DNA from: a virus
Lineage: Duplodnaviria; Caudoviricetes
Virus record (IMG/VR): IMGVR_UViG_3300042402_003952
Strand: one strand, 5' to 3'
DNA length: 64,000 nt
A program made the translations under genes and the position numbers. Shown piece by piece: positions 44,894 to 53,863 of the stretch. Each line of letters begins with the position of its first letter. Positions within the stretch are counted from its first letter, which is position 1. The notes beneath the pieces were generated by a model. That model made no database searches and was not told the DNA's origin. It saw only the letters and a program-made list of their open reading frames with translations.

Positions 44894-47385
44894 ATTTTTA
44901 CACTAATGTTCAATTGATTGGAAATCAATTTTTGGTTCGTGGAGTACAGAATGGTAAAAGATTTGAAATAAGAGATGAGTTCTTTCCAACTCTTTATGTA
45001 AAAACTAAAAAAGACCCCAAGTATAGAACATTAAGTGGAGAAGCAGTAGAACCTGTAAAACCTGGAACTGTTAGAGATTGTCGTGAGTTTTATAGTAAGT
45101 ATGAAAATGTGGATGGATTTGAGATCTATGGAAATGATCGATATATCTATCAGTATATCTCAGAAAAGTATCCAGAAGATGAAATTAAGTTTGACATCAG
45201 TAAAATCAAACTTGTAACGTTGGATATTGAGGTTGCCTCAGAACAAGGATTCCCTGATGTAGAATCTGCTTCAGAAGAAATCTTGTCTATCAGTATTCAG
45301 GATTATACAACCAAGAAGATTACAACCTGGGGAGTTAAACCATTTAATAATACTCGTAAAGATGTCACTTATTATCATTGTCCATCTGAGTATGAACTCC
45401 TGAATCATTTTATTAATTATTGGATGGTTGATGTACCTGATGTGATTACTGGATGGAACATTCAAATGTATGATGTTCCTTATATCTGTAAGCGATTAAA
45501 TCGTGTTCTTGGTGAGAAACTAATGAAGCGTTTCTCTAACTGGGGACTTGTGACTGAAGGTGAAATTTTCATTAATGGGCGTAAGCATACGACGTTTGAT
45601 GTGGGTGGTTTGACTCAACTTGATTATCTTGATCTTTATAAGAAGTTTACTTATAAAGTTCAAGAATCTTATCGCCTTGACTATATTGCTGAAGTTGAAC
45701 TTGGGCAAAAGAAACTGGATCACTCTGAGTTCGATACTTTTAAAGATTTCTACACTAAAGGTTGGCAAAAGTTTATTGAGTATAACATCATTGACGTAGA
45801 ACTTGTTGACCGTTTGGAAGACAAGATGAAACTTATTGAACTTGCTTTGACGATGGCATATGACGCGAAGGTGAACTATGCCGACGTGTTCTATCAAGTT
45901 CGTATGTGGGATAATATCATTTATACTTATCTTAAGAAAAGAGATATTGTAATTCCCCCACGAAATAAAGAACGTAAGGATGAGAAGTATGCTGGTGCTT
46001 ACGTAAAAGAACCGATTCCTGGAATGTACGATTGGGTTGTGAGTTTTGACTTGAATTCTCTATATCCTCACCTGATTATGCAGTACAACATTTCTCCAGA
46101 AACTCTCTTAGAAGAAAGACATCCGACAGTTAATGTTGATAAGATTCTCAATCGTAATCTTACTTTTGAGATGTATAAAGACTATGCGGTATGTGCCAAT
46201 GGTGCTATGTATCGTAAGGATGTTCGTGGTTTTCTCCCAGAACTAATGGAGAAGATCTATAATGAACGTGTGATCTTTAAGAAAAAGATGCTTGCGGCAG
46301 AGCAAGAATATGAAAAGACAAAGAACAAGGAGTTGATTAAAGAAATTGCTCGTTGCAATAACATTCAGATGGCACGTAAGATTCAACTTAACTCTGCATA
46401 TGGTGCTATTGGAAACCAATACTTCCGTTATTATAAATTAGCAAACGCAGAAGCAATCACATTGTCTGGACAAGTATCCATTCAATGGATTATGAATAAA
46501 GTTAATTCATACCTTAACAAGATTCTTAAAACTGAAGAGGAAGATTATGTCATTGCTTCTGATACTGATTCTCTGTATATTAATATGGGTCCTTTGGTTG
46601 AAAGTGTATTCAAAGGCAGAGAGAAAACTACTCAAAGCATTGTTTCGTTCCTTGATAAGGTCTGTAATCTGGAATTTGAAAAGTATATTGAAAATTCTTA
46701 CCAAGAATTGGCTGAGTATGTAAATGCATACGACCAAAAGATGATCATGAAGAGGGAGTGTATTGCTGAACGTGGTATTTGGACTGCGAAGAAACGATAT
46801 ATTCTCAGTGTGTGGGATAGCGAAGGTGTTCGCTATGAAGAACCAAAACTCAAAATTAAAGGTATTGAGGCAATCAAATCTTCTACTCCTGCACCTTGTC
46901 GTAAGATGTTGAAAGATTCTTTTAACATCATGATGAGTGGAAGTGAGGACAATATGATTAAGTTCATTGAAAATTGTCGTGATAAGTTTAAAAAACTACC
47001 TCCAGAACAAATTTCATTTCCACGTTCTGCATCTGATGTTCAGAAATACTCTTCCTCTTCAGATCTTTATATTAAGGGAACTCCCATTCATGTTCGCGGA
47101 GCACTGTTATTCAATCATTACATTAAACAAAATAAATTAACTGGAAAATATTCTCTTATTCAAAATGGAGAAAAAATTAAGTTTATCTATCTCAAAAAAC
47201 CAAATATTATTCATGAAAATGTAATCTCATTCATTCAAGAATTTCCTAAAGAACTCAATCTTGACAAATACATAGATTATGAACTACAATTTGAGAAAGC
47301 ATTCCTAGAACCACTTAAGATTATTCTTGACGTGATTGGGTGGAAAGTAGAAAAGACAACAAACCTAGATGCATTTTTTATTTGA
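44890..47385 (+). CDS. gp43: Family B DNA polymerase
   Basis: Exonuclease DIE and GWN...YD; SFDLNSLYP, K..LNS.YG, SDTDS, KKRY; uninterrupted. Confidence 0.99.
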   Translation: MNFYTNVQLIGNQFLVRGVQNGKRFEIRDEFFPTLYVKTKKDPKYRTLSGEAVEPVKPGTVRDCREFYSKYENVDGFEIYGNDRYIYQYISEKYPEDEIKFDISKIKLVTLDIEVASEQGFPDVESASEEILSISIQDYTTKKITTWGVKPFNNTRKDVTYYHCPSEYELLNHFINYWMVDVPDVITGWNIQMYDVPYICKRLNRVLGEKLMKRFSNWGLVTEGEIFINGRKHTTFDVGGLTQLDYLDLYKKFTYKVQESYRLDYIAEVELGQKKLDHSEFDTFKDFYTKGWQKFIEYNIIDVELVDRLEDKMKLIELALTMAYDAKVNYADVFYQVRMWDNIIYTYLKKRDIVIPPRNKERKDEKYAGAYVKEPIPGMYDWVVSFDLNSLYPHLIMQYNISPETLLEERHPTVNVDKILNRNLTFEMYKDYAVCANGAMYRKDVRGFLPELMEKIYNERVIFKKKMLAAEQEYEKTKNKELIKEIARCNNIQMARKIQLNSAYGAIGNQYFRYYKLANAEAITLSGQVSIQWIMNKVNSYLNKILKTEEEDYVIASDTDSLYINMGPLVESVFKGREKTTQSIVSFLDKVCNLEFEKYIENSYQELAEYVNAYDQKMIMKRECIAERGIWTAKKRYILSVWDSEGVRYEEPKLKIKGIEAIKSSTPAPCRKMLKDSFNIMMSGSEDNMIKFIENCRDKFKKLPPEQISFPRSASDVQKYSSSSDLYIKGTPIHVRGALLFNHYIKQNKLTGKYSLIQNGEKIKFIYLKKPNIIHENVISFIQEFPKELNLDKYIDYELQFEKAFLEPLKIILDVIGWKVEKTTNLDAFFI

Positions 47386-47513
47386 TGGAATTGCCGATTA
47401 CTGAAAAAGAATTTGAGATCATCGTTGAGGTTCTAAAGAATAAAGAACCACAACTCTATAATAAATTGTGGTCTTACAAATTCAACCAAAATAAAACTAT
47501 AAACAGAAAATAA
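47385..47513 (+). CDS. Small hypothetical protein (42 aa), not in the ORF track
   Basis: TGATG overlap; [18 protein letters not shown]...[11 protein letters not shown]; fills the gp43-uvsX gap. Confidence 0.6.
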   Translation: MELPITEKEFEIIVEVLKNKEPQLYNKLWSYKFNQNKTINRK

Positions 47514-47515
47514 TT

Positions 47516-48523
47516 ATGGATTTCCTTAAAGACATTGTAAAAGAGATTGGTGATGACTTTACCAAGTTAGCATCAGATATTGATGAGACTGAGACTTATG
47601 TTGATACTGGTTCATATATCTTTAATGCACTGGTTTCAGGTAGCATCTTTGGTGGTGTATCTGGGAATAAAATTACTGCTATTGCTGGAGAGTCTTCTAC
47701 TGGAAAGACTTTTTTCTCTCTCGCTGTGGTTAAGAACTTTCTTGATACTAATCCCGATGGTTACTGTCTCTACTTTGACACTGAGGCTGCTATCACTAAA
47801 TCACTTATAGAATCTCGTGGAATTGATACTACTCGTTTGGTTGTTGTTAACGTTGTTACTATTGAAGAGTTTCGCACAAAGGCGCTCAAAGCAGTAGATA
47901 TGTATCTGAAAGCACCAGTAGAAGATCGCAAACCTTGTATGTTTGTGCTAGACTCTTTAGGTATGCTCTCTACAACCAAAGAGATTACCGATGCACTAAA
48001 TGAAAAAGAAGTTCGAGATATGACTAAATCTCAACTTATTAAAGGTGCATTCCGAATGCTCACGCTCAAACTAGGTCAAGCAAATGTCCCGCTCATTGTC
48101 ACAAATCATACATACGATGTCATCGGAGCTTACGTACCAACTAAAGAAATGGGAGGAGGTTCTGGACTCAAATACGCAGCAAGTACGATCATTTATCTCA
48201 GCAAAAAGAAAGAAAAGGATGGAACGGAAGTGGTCGGCAATATTATCAAGGCTAAGACTGCTAAATCGCGTTTGAGTAAGGAGAACAAAGATGTTGAAGT
48301 CCGTTTGTATTATGATGAGCGCGGTCTTGATCGTTACTATGGTCTTCTGGAACTTGGTGAGATTGGTGGACTCTGGAAGAATGTAGCAGGTCGCTATGAG
48401 ATGGATGGTAAAAAGATTTATGCTAAGCAGATTCTAAAAGAACCTGAGGTATATTTCACACCTGAAGTAATGGAACAACTTGATCAAATTGCACGAAAGG
48501 AATTTAGTTATGGAGAAAGTTGA
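47516..48523 (+). CDS. uvsX: RecA-like recombinase
   Basis: [41 protein letters not shown]. Confidence 0.97.
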   Translation: MDFLKDIVKEIGDDFTKLASDIDETETYVDTGSYIFNALVSGSIFGGVSGNKITAIAGESSTGKTFFSLAVVKNFLDTNPDGYCLYFDTEAAITKSLIESRGIDTTRLVVVNVVTIEEFRTKALKAVDMYLKAPVEDRKPCMFVLDSLGMLSTTKEITDALNEKEVRDMTKSQLIKGAFRMLTLKLGQANVPLIVTNHTYDVIGAYVPTKEMGGGSGLKYAASTIIYLSKKKEKDGTEVVGNIIKAKTAKSRLSKENKDVEVRLYYDERGLDRYYGLLELGEIGGLWKNVAGRYEMDGKKIYAKQILKEPEVYFTPEVMEQLDQIARKEFSYGES

Positions 48524-49886
48524 GTTTCTAATTCTTAGAAACCTTTTATACAAGGAAGAATATATTCGAAAGGTAATACCATTTCTAAAATCTGAATATT
48601 TTGAAGATCCTAATCAAAAGATCATATTTGAAGAAATACTTTCTTTTGTTCAAGAGTACAATCGACCAGCAACTAAAGAAGTTCTTTGTATTGAAGTAGA
48701 GAAACGTCAAGATATTAATGACGAATCTTTCAAGCAAATTGTTCATTTGATTTCTTCTTTGAACGATGTTCCTTCTGAGTTTAATTGGTTGATTGATACG
48801 ACAGAAAAGTGGTGTCGCGATCGTGCCATTTACTTGGCACTTATGGAGTCTATTCATATTGCTGATGGAAATGGCGAAAAGAAGAATCGTGACAGCATTC
48901 CTTCTATTCTTTCTGATGCTCTTGCTGTAAGTTTTGATAACCACGTAGGTCATGATTACCTGCAAGACTATGAACAACGATACGAGTCTTATCATAAAAA
49001 GGAGGATAAAATTGAATTTGATCTTGAGTACTTTAACAAAATCACGAAAGGTGGTCTCCCTAACAAAACTCTTAACATCGCTCTTGCTGGTACGGGCGTC
49101 GGGAAATCTCTATTCATGTGCCATGTGGCTAGCTCCGTCTTGCTCCAAGGACGGAACGTTTTGTACATTACGTTGGAAATGGCAGAAGAACGTATTGCTG
49201 AAAGAATTGACGCAAACCTTCTGAATGTTCCTATTCAAGATATCGTAGATCTTCCAAAGCAGATGTTTGAAAGTAAGGTTAATAATCTTACCAAGAAGAC
49301 TCAAGGTACTTTGATTATTAAAGAATATCCAACTGCTTCAGCACATGCAGGTCACTTTAAGTCACTTCTCAATGAACTTGCTCTTAAAAAGTCGTTTAGT
49401 CCTGATATTATTTTCATTGATTATCTTAATATCTGTTCTTCTTCTAGGTATCGTGGAAATGCAAACATTAATTCCTATACATTTGTAAAAGCAATTGCAG
49501 AAGAACTTCGTGGACTTGCTGTAGAATTTAATGTTCCTATTGTAAGTGCCACTCAGACAACTCGTTCTGGTTATGGTTCTTCTGATGTTGAGTTGACTGA
49601 TACTTCAGAATCCTTTGGTCTTCCTGCTACTGCTGACTTAATGTTTGCATTGATTTCTACAGAAGAACTTGAAGGTCTTGGGCAGATTCTTGTTAAACAA
49701 CTTAAAAATAGGTATAATGATCCTACCATTCATAAGCGTTTTGTGGTTGGTATTGACCGTGCTAAAATGCGTCTTTATGACTGCGAACAATCTGCTCAAC
49801 AAGATATCCTTGACAACGGAAAAGATGAAGAGTATGATTATGAAGAAAAGAAACCTAAAAAAACATTTGAGGGATTTAAATTCTGA
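48510..49886 (+). CDS. gp41: Replicative helicase
   Basis: [54 protein letters not shown]. Confidence 0.98.
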   Translation: MEKVEFLILRNLLYKEEYIRKVIPFLKSEYFEDPNQKIIFEEILSFVQEYNRPATKEVLCIEVEKRQDINDESFKQIVHLISSLNDVPSEFNWLIDTTEKWCRDRAIYLALMESIHIADGNGEKKNRDSIPSILSDALAVSFDNHVGHDYLQDYEQRYESYHKKEDKIEFDLEYFNKITKGGLPNKTLNIALAGTGVGKSLFMCHVASSVLLQGRNVLYITLEMAEERIAERIDANLLNVPIQDIVDLPKQMFESKVNNLTKKTQGTLIIKEYPTASAHAGHFKSLLNELALKKSFSPDIIFIDYLNICSSSRYRGNANINSYTFVKAIAEELRGLAVEFNVPIVSATQTTRSGYGSSDVELTDTSESFGLPATADLMFALISTEELEGLGQILVKQLKNRYNDPTIHKRFVVGIDRAKMRLYDCEQSAQQDILDNGKDEEYDYEEKKPKKTFEGFKF

Positions 49887-50305
49887 TGACTGATAAAAAA
49901 GTTATTGATAGTGACAAATATATTGAGTTTGTGCGTCAAACCACAAGTCCTGCAAGCAGTGACTTTGGACAACTTCTTGCACGAATGACTGAACTTGAGG
50001 CAAATAATGATGCTGATGTTCCTCGTCTTTTGACTGCTGCTCTTGGCATTAGTGCAGAAGCAGGTGAGTTCACTGAAGTTGTAAAGAAAATCATTCTCCA
50101 AGGCAAACCCTATAATGAAGAGAATGTCTTTCATATGAAGCGTGAACTTGGTGATATCTGTTGGTATCTTGCTCAAGCGTGTATGGCACTTGATACTAAC
50201 TTCCGTGAAATTATGGAAATGAACTATGAGAAATTGAGTGCTCGCTACCCAGAAGGAACGTTTGATGTATATAGAAGTGAAAACCGTGTAGAGGGTGACC
50301 TATGA
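49886..50305 (+). CDS. mazG: MazG-like nucleoside triphosphate pyrophosphohydrolase
   Basis: G.SAEAGEF.E.VKK, ELGD..WY, N..KL.ARYP. Confidence 0.92.
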   Translation: MTDKKVIDSDKYIEFVRQTTSPASSDFGQLLARMTELEANNDADVPRLLTAALGISAEAGEFTEVVKKIILQGKPYNEENVFHMKRELGDICWYLAQACMALDTNFREIMEMNYEKLSARYPEGTFDVYRSENRVEGDL

Positions 50306-50487
50306 CTAAAGAAAAACAAGTAACACTTAAACTTGATGCTCGTACTGCAGCAGCAGTTCGTCAAGTTCTCTTTGATGCTCAAAAAGGATATACTTATGAT
50401 GAAGTCAGTGTTCCTCCTCGTGTAACTGATATTCGTGAGGTAATTGGGCAACTTGATGATAATATTGGCGCTGTTTTTGGTGCTTGA
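50302..50487 (+). CDS. Small hypothetical protein
   Basis: 61 aa, ATGA overlap with mazG. Confidence 0.7.
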   Translation: MTKEKQVTLKLDARTAAAVRQVLFDAQKGYTYDEVSVPPRVTDIREVIGQLDDNIGAVFGA

Positions 50488-50491
50488 ATTT

Positions 50492-50512
50492 GACTCCTTC
50501 GGGAGTTTTTTT
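50492..50512 (+). terminator. Intrinsic terminator with a UUCG loop, followed by TATAAATA at 50517
   Basis: GACTCC-TTCG-GGAGTT followed by a T run. Confidence 0.88.
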
Positions 50513-50547
50513 GTTTTATAAATAAATAAAAAAGTATTTGTAAAAAA

Positions 50548-51582
50548 ATGTCTAGAATTACTGGAAAACAAGCTCTTGGACTTTTTGAGGCTTATCAAGC
50601 AGTATATGCTCCCCAAGAATTATCTGAAGAACAGATTTGGGAAGAAGTAGAAGAGTGGGTAAATTCACTTCTAGAAGAAGGATATGATCTGAGTGATTAT
50701 ACCTGGGAAGAAATGTATGAAGCATATATCGAAGAGGCAAGAGCAGAAGGTGTAAAACCTTATAAAGCAGGACCAACTCAAGCAGATGTAAGAGCAAATG
50801 CTGCTGCTGCTCGTCAAAAGCACGTTGCAGGCGCTTCTGGACAAAAAGGTTATGGACCTGAAGATAAGTTTAAGAGTGATTGGAAGCTAAGAGCAACTCC
50901 ATCTTCGACAAGTAAGAGAAAAGATGGAACTATTGAAACTGTTTCTCAGAGAATGGATAGAGAAAAACCTTATGCTACCAGACCATTTTCTCCATTATTT
51001 ACAAAACAAGGAAGTCGCACTGCTTCTGCCGTAACAAGAACGATTGAGGGTCCAGGAGAACCACAAGCAGTCACAATGCCTAGAAAAGGTAGAGGTGAAA
51101 AACCAAAACTTTCTAGAGAAATTATCCGTAAGGAGCACGTAGATGTTTATGATGTAGTTCTCTCTCATCTTCTTGATGAAGGATATGCTAATTCAATTGA
51201 ATCTGCAGAAGCAATTATGGTGAATATGAGTGAGGAATGGATTGATACTATTATTGAAGATTTTGATCAACTTGATGAAGCAGAAGGTTCCTACGGTGCT
51301 ACACCAAAGGCATATAGTGCAGCAAGAAAAACCAAAATGACTGCAAAGAGAAAGCCTTTCCTCAAGAAGATGTTAAGCAGAACTAACCCTGCTAATAGAA
51401 CAAGTGCTTATGATTCTCCAAGAAAGGGTTTGACTGCTGACGATAGAGAAAGAGCAAGAGCAGGTTCTGCTTATGGTGTTGGGACTCGTCAAGACCACGA
51501 TTATCCTTCAGAGGGTCCTGGTGGTGTAACCAAGAGTGCTAAGAAACTCCGTAAGCAAAGAGCAATGGGAGAAATTGATTGA
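50548..51582 (+). CDS. Late-expressed modular protein (two LL[DE]EGY modules), putative internal head protein
   Basis: L.EAY leader, NSLLEEGYDLSDYTWEEMYE and LSHLLDEGY...AEAIMVNMSEEW modules separated by K/R-rich segments. Confidence 0.65.
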   Translation: MSRITGKQALGLFEAYQAVYAPQELSEEQIWEEVEEWVNSLLEEGYDLSDYTWEEMYEAYIEEARAEGVKPYKAGPTQADVRANAAAARQKHVAGASGQKGYGPEDKFKSDWKLRATPSSTSKRKDGTIETVSQRMDREKPYATRPFSPLFTKQGSRTASAVTRTIEGPGEPQAVTMPRKGRGEKPKLSREIIRKEHVDVYDVVLSHLLDEGYANSIESAEAIMVNMSEEWIDTIIEDFDQLDEAEGSYGATPKAYSAARKTKMTAKRKPFLKKMLSRTNPANRTSAYDSPRKGLTADDRERARAGSAYGVGTRQDHDYPSEGPGGVTKSAKKLRKQRAMGEID

Positions 51583-51607
51583 AAATCTAAATTATAGAAT
51601 TTATTGA

Positions 51608-51644
51608 CCCCCCTTTCTAAATATAAGAAAGGGGGGATTTTTTT
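51608..51644 (+). promoter_or_regulatory. Hairpin/terminator containing the CTAAATA late promoter and pairing the RBS of the next gene
   Basis: cccccctttct / agaaagggggg 11-bp stem; CTAAATATA at 51617-25; T run leads to ATG 51645. Confidence 0.75.
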
Positions 51645-52541
51645 ATGTCTGACATTTTATCGAGAATGAGTTCTTCTTTTCAACGTAATGTTGCAAGTGG
51701 TGTTATTCCAAAATCTGCTGTTGATGGATATGGTGGATTTTTTGTAGAAAAAGGAAGGTCATATGAAAATGAAATCGTCGGAAAGTTAAAAAGATCAAAA
51801 AAATCAGATGGAACACCTGCACCCTTAATACGATCAAATTTTACTGCTGCTGGTACTAGTTTGAATCCAGATGTTCAGTTTTATGCAAATAATAATAAAA
51901 ACTTGGCAAGTGTTGAAGTTAAAACTAGTTTAAATGCTCAGTGGCTTTCAAAAAAACTAAAAGTAGAAAAAGATGGTAATACTTTTTTTTGGAATGTTAC
52001 TGAAAAAGGTAGAACAAAAACATATGGATTATTAAAGTCTATTTTAGATACTTATAAAGAAGATATATTAAAATCAATAAAGGATGATTTTAATCTACCC
52101 TCAAAAAATAATGAGACAGGAAGTAATCCATTTTACAATATGCAGGCTGTATATGATGCTTTTGAAGATAAAACATTTACAACAAAATTTAAATCTTATA
52201 CACAAAGAAATCAAAAAATTATAATAACTGGAAAAGAAATAGTAGAATTATATGAAAAATATTTGAATGATTTAAATACGTATTATATTCAAATTAAAGG
52301 TAAAGGATTATATTATATTGGGGAAGATATGTATAAATTAAATGATAATTTACCAAAAAATAAAAGGATAATAAAATTTCCTATATCGACAGCATCTTTA
52401 TCTTTAAAAAAGGCATATAAATCTGGCGGAAAATATCAACTTGAACTTCGTATAACTGCATCATCTAAATCAATACAACAAAGTAATTTTTCTTTGGATG
52501 ATACTGGTGATTTAAAAATTATATCCGATTTTGTTTATTAA
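51645..52541 (+). CDS. Putative PD-(D/E)xK restriction-like endonuclease (probably mobile)
   Basis: G..YE.EI, NPDVQF, VEVKTS pattern; YYIQI.GKGLY; very AT-rich. Confidence 0.6.
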   Translation: MSDILSRMSSSFQRNVASGVIPKSAVDGYGGFFVEKGRSYENEIVGKLKRSKKSDGTPAPLIRSNFTAAGTSLNPDVQFYANNNKNLASVEVKTSLNAQWLSKKLKVEKDGNTFFWNVTEKGRTKTYGLLKSILDTYKEDILKSIKDDFNLPSKNNETGSNPFYNMQAVYDAFEDKTFTTKFKSYTQRNQKIIITGKEIVELYEKYLNDLNTYYIQIKGKGLYYIGEDMYKLNDNLPKNKRIIKFPISTASLSLKKAYKSGGKYQLELRITASSKSIQQSNFSLDDTGDLKIISDFVY

Positions 52542-52563
52542 TAAATATCTATAAACCTATAAG

Positions 52564-53862
52564 ATGAAAAGATTTTCTCAATTTATATTAGAAGCAAAAG
52601 AAACCAGGGCATCTGAGCAAGCTAAGAAACTTGGTTTAGTTGGTAATGGTCATGGGGATTGGTATAACTCCCAGGGAGAATTTGTTGCTAAAACTGTAGA
52701 TGGGCAATTAAAATTTTTTAATAAAGGACAAAGAATTGGATTAAGAGATATTCCACCAAAATCTGGACAAGGAAGAGGAGCATCTGCTAAGGCACAACAG
52801 CAAGTATCTCCACAACAAACTCAAGGTCAGCAAATTTCTCCTCAAAGAATACCTATTGGGCAAGATGAGCAAATGCCTGCGGATGATGAGTTTTTAACAA
52901 TTGTTCTTGCTAAATTTAATCCCCCATCAAAGGAGCATAAAAAATTATTTACTACTGCAAAAAGAGTTTCTTTAGGTGGAGAATTAAGAATTTATCCATC
53001 TAGAACTCAAGATACTAAATCAAATCCATTAACTGTAAATAGAAAAATTTATTATTTGAAAATGATGTTTCCTGAAATTAAAGATGATATTGTAAATAAT
53101 CCAGAAATTAAAACAATATTTGATGTGTTAATTGCAGGAAATGAAGACGGATATACGAATGTAAATATTGTTGTTGGATCTGATCGTCAAGCCGAAATAC
53201 AAAATCTAGCAAATAAATATAATGAAAAATTTTATCAGTACAATGAAATAAAAGTAATTCCTACTGGAAATTTTGATTCAGGAAAGGATAGTTCGGGAAT
53301 TTCTTCTGGTATGATGAAAAAAACTGCTGCTGACAATAATTTTAGAGAATTTAAAAGAGCCGTTACTAAAAATGTTGATGACCTTGATGCTAGAAAATTG
53401 TTTAATGAACTCAGGAAGGCAATGGGATTTAAAGAAAATGTTAAGGAAAATTATAATCTTTGGGAAATTGCGCCAGAATTAGACTTTAAAAATTTGAGAG
53501 AAAATTATATCCAAAATAAAATTTACAAAATTGGAGATATTGTAGAAAATGTGAATACTGGTCTGGTGGGTAAAGTTATACGTAGGGGGACAAATTATTT
53601 GATATGCGTCACTGAAGAAGATGTTATGTTTAAATCCTGGATAAAAGATATTGTTGAGTACAATGAAGTTAAAATGGATAGTTTGATGAGGGATAAAACT
53701 CACCCAAATACTCTTGTTGGAACTTTGGGGTCATTTAAATATCATGCAAAAATGACTCCAGGTGCAATTGGAACTAATAAGAAAAATCTTCAGTATGGGG
53801 GTAAAGCATATGGAGTAAATTTTATAAATAAGTATAAGGCAAAAAAAGCAAGTACTTGTTAA
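52564..53862 (+). CDS. Cytidyltransferase-like (HIGH-superfamily) protein with a capsid-targeting-like N-terminus
   Basis: MKRFSQFILE; KFNPPSKEH, NPL, IVVGSDR, SSGMM..AA..NF..F; LRENYI....GD.VEN..TG..G.V.RRGTNY.IC. Confidence 0.75.
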   Translation: MKRFSQFILEAKETRASEQAKKLGLVGNGHGDWYNSQGEFVAKTVDGQLKFFNKGQRIGLRDIPPKSGQGRGASAKAQQQVSPQQTQGQQISPQRIPIGQDEQMPADDEFLTIVLAKFNPPSKEHKKLFTTAKRVSLGGELRIYPSRTQDTKSNPLTVNRKIYYLKMMFPEIKDDIVNNPEIKTIFDVLIAGNEDGYTNVNIVVGSDRQAEIQNLANKYNEKFYQYNEIKVIPTGNFDSGKDSSGISSGMMKKTAADNNFREFKRAVTKNVDDLDARKLFNELRKAMGFKENVKENYNLWEIAPELDFKNLRENYIQNKIYKIGDIVENVNTGLVGKVIRRGTNYLICVTEEDVMFKSWIKDIVEYNEVKMDSLMRDKTHPNTLVGTLGSFKYHAKMTPGAIGTNKKNLQYGGKAYGVNFINKYKAKKASTC

Positions 53863-53863
53863 G

